Shown here one piece after another: positions 1 through 7,134 of a DNA stretch of 32,000 nt. This DNA is from Rhizobium phage RHph_TM26, in the sequence record MN988465.1. One strand, written 5' to 3'. Under the pieces are notes generated by a model. The model did not search any database and was not told where the DNA came from. It saw nothing but the letters and a program-made list of their open reading frames with translations. The stretch's first letter is position 1. The number at the start of each line of letters is the position of its first letter. A program made the translations under genes and the position numbers.

Positions 1-5
1 CCGAA

Positions 6-419
6 ATGGTGGCAAAGTTTCAAAGAACCTGGATCGTGACGGCGGCTTGGGCTCACCCGATCTGGCAGCAGTACGCGGTCCTGCTTTACGATCTCAGGAC
101 AACCCCGCCGGAAAAGCCGCCGTATCTCGCGCGACCTGGCATGAATTATGAATTCCTGTTGTACGCGATGGATCCGGCTCACCCGGTCGAAGATCAGGAC
201 GCCGTAACCGACGTCAAGCCGCTGTTCGAAGAAATCAAGCTGCTTCAGCCGGCAAATCACGCCTACCAATTCTTCTGCCCGGACGACGACAAGGCAGAGA
301 AATGGATCAAGTCGCTGGTGGACCTGATCAAGGCCCGGAAGCTCTCCCCCGATACCGATTGGACGCGGGCCTGGAATGAGATCTTCTTCCAGGCCGGTGC
401 CGTGAGCCTGAAGAGATAG
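6..419 (+). CDS. hypothetical protein upstream of the modification cassette
   Basis: Open ORF of 137 aa ending 2 nt before the next start; same strand and tight packing; no family recognised. Confidence 0.7.
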   Translation: MVAKFQRTWIVTAAWAHPIWQQYAVLLYDLRTTPPEKPPYLARPGMNYEFLLYAMDPAHPVEDQDAVTDVKPLFEEIKLLQPANHAYQFFCPDDDKAEKWIKSLVDLIKARKLSPDTDWTRAWNEIFFQAGAVSLKR

Positions 420-421
420 CC

Positions 422-1231
422 ATGCGTGACGTGATCATAGTCGGCGGCGGGTTGTTCGGGTCTATCGCCGCCGCCGCTCTGCGAGCCGCCGGGATGGACG
501 TCTGCTTGATTGACGACGGTCGCCCGCTCTCGGGATCTCGGGCGGCGGGATGCTTGATGAAGCCGTCCTGGCTCGGGAAGATGGGCAAGAGCAACGTCTC
601 GGCGTCGTTCCAACTCCTGGACAGGCTATACGGCCTGCGCACCGTCTATCTCAAGGCTGGGCCGCTTACGGTGGACGCGGAATGGGTCAACCCGGATAGA
701 GTTCTCGGCACCGATAGGATCGCCCGCAAGATCGCGAAGGTGTCCACGTTCCCCGGCGGCAACAGGGTTCGCTTCGCCCCGGATCTCAACCACATGGACG
801 CTAAGACGGTCATCGTGGCGTGTGGAGCCTGGACCCGGGAGCTGATCACCGGCACCCCGGTGGTGGGTAAGGTCGGCGTGAGCGTAAGGCTCAACAAGCC
901 GCCTGAAGACAACCGGATCTCTGTTTGGGCTCCCTACAAGCAGCTGGTCCGGTTCGCGGTCCCTGACGAGGGCTTCTATTGGGCGGGGGACGGCACCGCG
1001 ATCCTTGAGAAGCGTTGGACGCCGGAACGGTTCCAGGCGTCTCGCGAACGCATTGAGAGCTTCGCTGGAGCGGGTAACGCTCGGGCTGGCATTCGACCAT
1101 TCACCGCGACCGATCAGCCAGCATCGCTGGAGGAAATCGCCCCAGGGCTCTTCAGCCTCACGGGTGGAGGAAAGAACGGGACCGCCGCCGCCGGATGGGC
1201 TGCGACACAATTACTGGAGAGATTGACATGA
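422..1231 (+). CDS. FAD-dependent amine oxidoreductase (DAO-like); candidate flavin-dependent lyase acting on amino-acyl-thymidine DNA
   Basis: N-terminal dinucleotide-binding motif MRDVIIVGGGLFGSIAAAALRAAGMDVCLID; C-terminal PGLFSLTGGGKNGTAAAGWAATQLLERL typical of DAO-type flavoproteins; lies next to an amino-acid:DNA transferase-like gene. Confidence 0.8.
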   Translation: MRDVIIVGGGLFGSIAAAALRAAGMDVCLIDDGRPLSGSRAAGCLMKPSWLGKMGKSNVSASFQLLDRLYGLRTVYLKAGPLTVDAEWVNPDRVLGTDRIARKIAKVSTFPGGNRVRFAPDLNHMDAKTVIVACGAWTRELITGTPVVGKVGVSVRLNKPPEDNRISVWAPYKQLVRFAVPDEGFYWAGDGTAILEKRWTPERFQASRERIESFAGAGNARAGIRPFTATDQPASLEEIAPGLFSLTGGGKNGTAAAGWAATQLLERLT

Positions 1232-1719
1232 CGGTTATGCATTTCCCGGGGATCATCCCCCGGCGGGTTCATTTCACAATCGGTCCACCCGGTTGCGGAA
1301 AGACAACGTTGGCTCACGACTTCCTTCAACAGTCCAAACGGGCGGTCGTTTCCTTGGACGGGTTGAGGGCGGGCCTGTTCAACGGCAAGCGGGCGTTCTG
1401 GGACAACCCAACCGAGGAGCGGCGACAACTCGTCCGATGGGCCTATGATCAGAGCTGTAACCTGATCCGCAACAATACTGATTGGGACGTCATGCTGCCC
1501 AACACGAACGTCGGTCATGAATTCTGGCTCCATGCGCGATACGCCTTCCGGGGCTGGGAATTCATCGTTCACATCTTCGATGATGTCTCGCTTGAGGAGC
1601 TTTTGAGGCGCGGGGCGCTTCGACCGCTGGAGGATCGGATATCGCCCGAGGTTATCACGGAATATTGGGACCGCTTCAACGCGCCTGATGCTTACTGGAG
1701 GAGCTTGAAGAATGCGTGA
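1228..1719 (+). CDS. P-loop kinase, T4 polynucleotide kinase-like
   Basis: Walker A GPPGCGKTT, then VSLDGLR and LPNTNV resembling Pnk-like kinases. Start chosen at ATG 1228 (ATGA overlap with the upstream stop, GGAGAG SD), not 1195 as in the track. Confidence 0.75.
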   Translation: MTVMHFPGIIPRRVHFTIGPPGCGKTTLAHDFLQQSKRAVVSLDGLRAGLFNGKRAFWDNPTEERRQLVRWAYDQSCNLIRNNTDWDVMLPNTNVGHEFWLHARYAFRGWEFIVHIFDDVSLEELLRRGALRPLEDRISPEVITEYWDRFNAPDAYWRSLKNA

Positions 1720-2518
1720 CGACCTTATTGAAAACCCGGTCGAATGGGGCCGGCAGCTGATCCTTACCGAGGATCATGACCCGTTGTATTCAGGGCTCGC
1801 CGGGTGGAACGTCCCCGGATCTCGTCTGCGGCGCTTCCTTCTCACCTACTGGTGCTGCTATAGCGTCGGCGCGTCCTGGTTCATCTCCTCGCGATCCGGC
1901 ACGCGATACTGGGATCTCCTCCAGCGAGCTGCTGAGAACGTTCGCGGACCGTCCGAATTCGGCTATGGCTTCGATCGCTGGCCTCGGGCTCACGAGCGCC
2001 GCCATTGGAGGGGTCAGAAGTGCGTCGATAGTGTTTTGTGGTTGAGAGCCACGTTCAGGCACCCCGAGGAAGCGGTCATCAGCCTGGAAGCCTTGACTCA
2101 CATGATCCACGTTCAGGAGGAGATCGACCATTGGCCGCAATTCGGTCCGTGGATCGGCTTCAAGATCGCCGATATGATGGAACGTGTTTTGGGTCGACCG
2201 GTAGAATTCCCCACCGCGATTGTCTCCATGTACAAAGATCCAAAAGAAGGCGCGGTGATGATGGCTCCCTATCTGGGCCTGGATACGCCCCAGGAGGTCA
2301 CCGAGCACCTTCTGGAGGAATACGGCTACATGGACGCCCCTGGGTCAACTAATCGTCAGCGCCCTTGTAACGTCCAGGAGGTTGAGACCGTCCTGTGTAA
2401 ATGGAAATCGGCGCGCAAGGGCAATTACTGGATCGGCTGCGATACCGCGTCGCACCGCAAGGAGCTTACTGAGTGGGGAGCCCAAGACCTTCTCAACGCC
2501 TATCCCAAAGGGAAATGA
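1712..2518 (+). CDS. alpha-glutamyl/putrescinyl thymine pyrophosphorylase family; candidate amino acid:DNA transferase (AADT)
   Basis: Family-like signatures: DPLYSGLAGW, RRFLLTYWCCYSVGASWFIS, ERRHWRGQKCVDSVLWL, PQFGPWIGFKIADMMERVL. Overlaps the upstream kinase gene. Confidence 0.8.
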   Translation: MRDDLIENPVEWGRQLILTEDHDPLYSGLAGWNVPGSRLRRFLLTYWCCYSVGASWFISSRSGTRYWDLLQRAAENVRGPSEFGYGFDRWPRAHERRHWRGQKCVDSVLWLRATFRHPEEAVISLEALTHMIHVQEEIDHWPQFGPWIGFKIADMMERVLGRPVEFPTAIVSMYKDPKEGAVMMAPYLGLDTPQEVTEHLLEEYGYMDAPGSTNRQRPCNVQEVETVLCKWKSARKGNYWIGCDTASHRKELTEWGAQDLLNAYPKGK

Positions 2519-2538
2519 TTGCCTATCCCCGGTGGAGG

Positions 2539-2566
2539 GGATAGCTTAGAAGTCTCAGAAAAGGAG
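2539..2566 (+). promoter_or_regulatory. intergenic repeated motif, copy A: GGATAGCTTA-N4-TCTCAGAAA-RGGAG
   Basis: GGATAGCTTAGAAGTCTCAGAAAAGGAG; the same arrangement occurs at 9219-9246. An overlapping perfect inverted repeat, ATCCCC(2525-2530)/GGGGAT(2537-2542), sits just upstream. Confidence 0.55.
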
Positions 2567-2573
2567 CACAACC

Positions 2574-3182
2574 GTGATTATCAATATCCGAGGAACCAAT
2601 GGTTCCGGTAAGACTACCCTGGCTCGCACGTTCCAGGATCACCCTTCAGCCCGCGTCGTCAATCTGGTCGATTATCCGGCCCCAACCAAGCGAGATCCTG
2701 CGGCGATCAAGTTTGTCACCGGGGTCGTGACGGATCTCCCGGGCGTCGGATCGGTCTGCTGCGTCGGATCGTATTCTCAAGCCCAAGGGGGGCTCGATAC
2801 CGTCCCCAACTTTGAGCTCCAGCGGATGGCGATTGCTCACGCGGCGGCGATCTGTGATCACGTGATCTGCGAAGGCGTTCTGGCTTCGACGGTCGCCGGC
2901 AGCTGGCTGGAATTCTTTGTGAGGACGCAGATGGCAGGACTGAAGGTCGCCGTCTGCTATCTCGACACCCCTCTGGACGTCTGCCTGGCCCGGATCAAGG
3001 AGCGCCAGGAGCGGGCCGGGAAGGTCCGGGACATCAAGGAGGATCTGGTGGCTGACAAGGTGAAGGCTATCGACGCGACCCGGGCGAAGTTCGATGCCGC
3101 CGGGATCTCCACCTACACGCTCTTCTCCCGAGAAGATATGTGCGAGGCCCAACTTCACGTCATCATGGGAGAGCAGTCATGA
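2574..3182 (+). CDS. P-loop nucleotide/DNA kinase; candidate catalytic subunit of a split 5-hmdU DNA kinase
   Basis: MIINIRGTNGSGKTTLARTF Walker A with the phage-kinase style N-terminus; GTG start, SD AGGAG; lies between the AADT-like and HMUDK-helical-like genes. Confidence 0.75.
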   Translation: MIINIRGTNGSGKTTLARTFQDHPSARVVNLVDYPAPTKRDPAAIKFVTGVVTDLPGVGSVCCVGSYSQAQGGLDTVPNFELQRMAIAHAAAICDHVICEGVLASTVAGSWLEFFVRTQMAGLKVAVCYLDTPLDVCLARIKERQERAGKVRDIKEDLVADKVKAIDATRAKFDAAGISTYTLFSREDMCEAQLHVIMGEQS

Positions 3183-3472
3183 CTTTCGACGCCCAGAAGA
3201 TCAACGACGATCTGACGACCAAGATGGGGGACGTGGCAGGCTCGGTCGCGGATGAGATCATCACCTTCATCCGCCGGACTGCCGAGCGGGCGGACGTTAT
3301 TGAAATGGCCGCCCTCGGCGAAACCTCGCACGCTGAGATGGCCTTGCGGATCGTCATCATCGGCATGGCCGGTGCCGTCAACGGGTATCCTCGGCTGGAG
3401 AGCCCCGAGCATAAAGCCTACCTCATGAGGCTCTTTCTCATCGGCCTCGGTTACGAGGAGATTGAGTTATGA
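3179..3472 (+). CDS. hypothetical protein in the modification cassette
   Basis: Internal ATG 3179 overlaps the upstream stop (ATGA); MTFDAQKINDDLTTKMGDVAGSVADEIITFIRR...; no family recognised. Confidence 0.7.
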   Translation: MTFDAQKINDDLTTKMGDVAGSVADEIITFIRRTAERADVIEMAALGETSHAEMALRIVIIGMAGAVNGYPRLESPEHKAYLMRLFLIGLGYEEIEL

Positions 3473-4473
3473 ATAGCGCTCCTCTTTGGGACTGGATCAA
3501 CGAGCGCCATGCGATCTACATTCGCAAGAGCCTTCGGGCCGGTTTGAACCCTGCTGAGATCTTCTCGCCGGCAGACGTGGACATGGTGACCGCAATCATG
3601 CGTCAGAAAACGGCACTTCTCGGCGGTCCGTTCACCGATGATCCGATCCTCCAGCAGTACCGGTTCTGTAACGTCTTCCGGGAGCTGGACCGGGTCACCG
3701 TCTGGATCAGGAAGAACATTCGCGAGCGTTGGGCCGATCACCCGAACCTCTGGATCATGCTCGCTATCGCCCGGACGATCAACTGGCCGGATACGCTTCA
3801 ATTCCTGATCGATAGCCAATACGCCTGGCCGGATAGCGCTGAATGGAAGCCAGAGTATCTGACCCGAGCCCTGGAATATTACGCCAAGCAGGGCAACAAG
3901 GTCTACACCGGTGCGTACATGATTCGGGCGGAAAGCGACCCCAAGAAGGAGTGGTATATCTGGTCCAAGCACCGCTATATTGCTGAGATTGTGATCGGAC
4001 GGCTGTGGGAACGTCGCGGCGCGATCACGTCTGTGTTCGACGGTCGATTGAAGCAGTTTGTAGATCCGGCTCCCTTCGAACCCTCCCTGGAGCAAACCTG
4101 GAACCTGTTTCAGGACAAATACTTCATCGGCTGGGGACCGTTCATGGCTTATCAGGTCGTGGTTGATATGCGCTGGACGCGATACCTCAACAGAGCTCCA
4201 GATATAAATAGCTGGAGCGCTGTTGGGCCCGGATCTCGGCGAGGGCTCAACCGGCTCGCCGGTCGCCCGGTCGATTATCCTCTCAAACAAGAAGAGGGGT
4301 TAGCCGAAATGAGAGGGCTCTATGATGACCAAGTCAATCATAGAGCCCCCTGGGTTCCCCCAATCGATCTCTCGGACATTCAGAACGCGCTGTGCGAGAC
4401 GGACAAATATCTGCGCGTCAAGAACGGCGAGGGGAAGCCCCGGGCTTTGTACCATCCGGGGAGGGGTTACTGA
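3469..4473 (+). CDS. stand-alone protein resembling the 5-hmdU DNA kinase helical domain / alpha-GPT-PPlase clade 1
   Basis: Motifs WDWINERHAIYIRKSLRAG, FTDDPILQQYRFCNVFRELDRVTVWIRKNI, VYTGAYMI and FMAYQVVVDMRWTRYL...DINSWSAVGPGSRRGLNRL resemble this family. No P-loop in this ORF. Confidence 0.75.
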   Translation: MNSAPLWDWINERHAIYIRKSLRAGLNPAEIFSPADVDMVTAIMRQKTALLGGPFTDDPILQQYRFCNVFRELDRVTVWIRKNIRERWADHPNLWIMLAIARTINWPDTLQFLIDSQYAWPDSAEWKPEYLTRALEYYAKQGNKVYTGAYMIRAESDPKKEWYIWSKHRYIAEIVIGRLWERRGAITSVFDGRLKQFVDPAPFEPSLEQTWNLFQDKYFIGWGPFMAYQVVVDMRWTRYLNRAPDINSWSAVGPGSRRGLNRLAGRPVDYPLKQEEGLAEMRGLYDDQVNHRAPWVPPIDLSDIQNALCETDKYLRVKNGEGKPRALYHPGRGY

Positions 4474-4619
4474 TGGACGCCAAGACCTACCGGCGGATGA
4501 CATGGGGATGCTCGTGCGGCCACGTCTCCCGCTCGGCGGCGGCTGAAGCACGTCACCGCCACAACTCCCCATCCTGTGCCGTAAACCGAAACCGCCGAGG
4601 GCGAAAAAGGAGCCTGTAA
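4473..4619 (+). CDS. small Cys/His-containing protein (48 aa)
   Basis: TGATG overlap with the upstream stop; MDAKTYRRMTWGCSCGHVSRSAAAEARHRHNSPSCAVNRNRRGRKRSL; CxCxH...H...C spacing suggests metal binding. Confidence 0.5.
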   Translation: MDAKTYRRMTWGCSCGHVSRSAAAEARHRHNSPSCAVNRNRRGRKRSL

Positions 4620-4623
4620 AAAC

Positions 4624-5694
4624 ATGAACGTAATCGAAGCAAGAAACGTGAACGACGCTTTGTGGAGGGGAGCTCAAATGCTCAAATCCCAAGGCGTTCA
4701 GCGGGATAGCCGCAACGGGCCGGTTCTCCAGATGCCGTGCCCGGTGACGACGGCCTATAGCAACCCGACCGAGCGCGTGATGCTCCATCCGGGGCGTGAT
4801 GCCAACCCGTTCTTCCACCTGGTCGAAGCGCTTTGGATGATCGCCGGTCGCAACGATCTCGCGAGCCTGACCCCCTACGTCAAGAACATGGCGAATTTCT
4901 CCGACGACGGCGGCAAGACCCAGCCCGGGGCGTATGGAAAGCGCTGGCGGGATCATTTCTTGAAGCCGAGCCGCCATTTTTACGCGCTCGATCAACTGCC
5001 TTGGGCTATCGAGCGGCTGAAGAACGATCCGAATGATCGCCGGGTCGTCATCCAGATGTACGACGCCGAGGTGGATCAACCGGCGACCGATAACGGCGGC
5101 AAGGATATTCCCTGCAACCTCATGGCGTTGCCGGTGATCAATGTCTACGGCGAGCTGGACCTTACGGTGTTCAACCGATCCAACGATATGGTCTGGGGAG
5201 CCTACGGCGCCAACGCCGTTCACTTCTCGGTTCTCCAGGAGGTTATCGCAGCGGCGGTCGGAGTTCAGGTCGGCTTCTACTATCAGGTATCCAACAACTT
5301 TCACGGATACCTTGCGACCCTCGGCAAGGCCGGGGATGACTGGCCGTGGGGATTTGAGGACGGTTGGGAACCGATGGTTGCGCCGAACCCGGACCCATAT
5401 GAAGCCGGCACCATCCGCCCGTTCCCGATCTGGTCTGCCGGCGATGATCGGGCGCTCAATCTTCAGCAGCTCACCGAGGACATCGACATGTTCTTGGAAG
5501 ATCCGGCCCGGGTCGGTATCCGCTCGGCGTTCCTTCGCAAGATCGCCTGCCCGATGGTGATGGCTCATCGCGCGGCGAAAGCGAAGGACTATGAAGCCGC
5601 CGAGGAGATCCTGGAGCAGATGCCGAAGGACAACGACTGGCGAGCCGGGGCGATGCTATGGATCCAGAACCGCAAAACGCCCGAGGAGGGTTAA
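4624..5694 (+). CDS. thymidylate synthase-superfamily protein; candidate dUMP hydroxymethylase
   Basis: TS-like core: RRVVIQMYDAEV, catalytic-type Cys in DIPCNLMALP, TVFNRSNDMVWGAYGANAVHFSVLQE. Divergent at positions normally conserved in TS. Confidence 0.8.
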   Translation: MNVIEARNVNDALWRGAQMLKSQGVQRDSRNGPVLQMPCPVTTAYSNPTERVMLHPGRDANPFFHLVEALWMIAGRNDLASLTPYVKNMANFSDDGGKTQPGAYGKRWRDHFLKPSRHFYALDQLPWAIERLKNDPNDRRVVIQMYDAEVDQPATDNGGKDIPCNLMALPVINVYGELDLTVFNRSNDMVWGAYGANAVHFSVLQEVIAAAVGVQVGFYYQVSNNFHGYLATLGKAGDDWPWGFEDGWEPMVAPNPDPYEAGTIRPFPIWSAGDDRALNLQQLTEDIDMFLEDPARVGIRSAFLRKIACPMVMAHRAAKAKDYEAAEEILEQMPKDNDWRAGAMLWIQNRKTPEEG

Positions 5695-5877
5695 ATGGCG
5701 AAGATCAATCTTCAGATCAACGTGGAGCTGATGCCGGCTGACGTCCAGCCCAAGAACAGCTACCGCTATCGGTTCGCGGACGGTGACAACGCCGTTGAAT
5801 CGATCTACATCAAGCGTCGGTCGTTCGAAGGCACCCCGCCCGAGAAGCTGACGATCACGATCCGGGGTGGAGAATGA
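5695..5877 (+). CDS. hypothetical protein (60 aa)
   Basis: Tightly packed ORF, ATG 1 nt after the previous stop, 4-nt overlap with the next ORF. Confidence 0.6.
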   Translation: MAKINLQINVELMPADVQPKNSYRYRFADGDNAVESIYIKRRSFEGTPPEKLTITIRGGE

Positions 5878-6107
5878 CCGATAGCTTCCTCAACCCGCCG
5901 AACATCGCCCCTCTGATCGGCAAAGCTCTCAAGCACAATGGGAACGGGAAGACTTACGTCATTCTTGATCTCGTCTGGAGCGGCGAAAGCGATCAGTGGG
6001 GATACCTTCACCGCGCCGTAGGGGAGGACGGGCCGAAAATCTGGCGTCCAATGTCTCACCTGAACGGCACCCTCAGAAATGGAGCGCCTCGCTATGAAAT
6101 TGACTAA
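5874..6107 (+). CDS. hypothetical protein (77 aa)
   Basis: ATGA overlap with the upstream ORF; on the operon strand. Confidence 0.55.
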   Translation: MTDSFLNPPNIAPLIGKALKHNGNGKTYVILDLVWSGESDQWGYLHRAVGEDGPKIWRPMSHLNGTLRNGAPRYEID

Positions 6108-6525
6108 AAACATCTATATTGCGGCCAAGTATCAAAGGCGCTTTGATCTGCGCCCGCTCGCCGAGGAATTGAAGGCTTTGGGTTATGAGATAACCGCTCA
6201 ATGGCTCTACAACGGCGAGGAGCAGAAGACCATAACCGAGGCGGCTATTATGGATCTTCAGGACGTCGAGCGGGCTGACACCCTCATCTTCATCGGAGAA
6301 CCCCAGGCCAGCGAAAATCGGGGAGGGGGTCGTTGGTTCGAATTCGGCCTGGCATGCGCCTGGGGAAAACGTACAATCGCGGTTTTGGATTACGATCCAA
6401 CCAAGGGCGGTCATGACCATCTCCCAATTGGTCATGAAAGCGTATTCACCGCCCTTCCCTCTGTTGAAACAGTCGGCTCGGGGGATGAACTGTTGAAACT
6501 CATGGGAAAGAGGAAAGAGGAATGA
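6094..6525 (+). CDS. nucleoside 2-deoxyribosyltransferase / DNPH1-like protein
   Basis: NIYIAAKYQRRFDLRPLAEELKALGYEIT...DLQDVERADTLIFIGE...GGGRWFEFGLACAWGKRTIAVLD matches the NDT/Rcl-type layout. Start at 6094 preferred (GGAG SD at 6081). Confidence 0.7.
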   Translation: MKLTKNIYIAAKYQRRFDLRPLAEELKALGYEITAQWLYNGEEQKTITEAAIMDLQDVERADTLIFIGEPQASENRGGGRWFEFGLACAWGKRTIAVLDYDPTKGGHDHLPIGHESVFTALPSVETVGSGDELLKLMGKRKEE

Positions 6526-6917
6526 ACGAGGTTGAACAAGTCGGCGGCGCTCATTATAAAGCCGCCTATCAACACTGGGATTGGGTCTCAGACACCGGTC
6601 TGGGTTACATGGAGGGTAACGCATCCGCCTACGTCACCCGCTTCAGGAAGAAGGGCGGCTTGGTCGATCTGGAGAAGGCCGTTAGCTACATTGAGAAGCT
6701 GCGCGTGCTTTGGGTCGGCCAGCAGGCCCCTATCATCCCGGCGGGGAAGCGTCCTTGGAAGGACGCGGGCAAGCTCAACCGGTTCCTCCACGCCAACGAT
6801 CTCGTGGACACTCTCCCCGGGTTCATCATCAAGAAGATGGATAGCTGGTCGGATGAGGGCGACCTGCTCACCATCATCCACAATCTCCAGGAACTGATCA
6901 ATGACACACGAGTTTGA
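6522..6917 (+). CDS. DUF3310 family protein
   Basis: VGGAHYKAAYQHWDWV...ASAYVTRFRKKGGLVDLEKAVSYIEKL is characteristic of DUF3310. Confidence 0.8.
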   Translation: MNEVEQVGGAHYKAAYQHWDWVSDTGLGYMEGNASAYVTRFRKKGGLVDLEKAVSYIEKLRVLWVGQQAPIIPAGKRPWKDAGKLNRFLHANDLVDTLPGFIIKKMDSWSDEGDLLTIIHNLQELINDTRV

Positions 6918-7134
6918 AGCCGTTCTGGCGTCGGTTCAGAACCAGTTCAACGTTACCCGGGAGGAGCTTCTCTGCCCCTCCCGGGGATCGGCCTCAATCG
7001 CCGAGATCCGTCAACAGGCGATGTATCAGTGCTGGCTGAAGGAGCGCAATTTCACGGCGGTTGGCAACTTCTTTGTACGCGACCGGACGACCGTCCGCCA
7101 CGCCGTCCGGAAAATTGAGAGCGCTGCGCAATGA
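6901..7134 (+). CDS. DnaA C-terminal (domain IV)-like DNA-binding protein
   Basis: FNVTREELLCPSRGSASIAEIRQQAMYQCWL...AVGNFFVRDRTTVRHAVRKIE resembles the DnaA domain IV signature. Confidence 0.7.
   Translation: MTHEFEAVLASVQNQFNVTREELLCPSRGSASIAEIRQQAMYQCWLKERNFTAVGNFFVRDRTTVRHAVRKIESAAQ

Noticed and set aside
4300-5568. 422-aa antisense ORF
   Set aside because: Lies opposite the HMUDK-like and TS-like genes with clear motifs. Arg/Pro/His-rich composition typical of GC-rich shadow frames.
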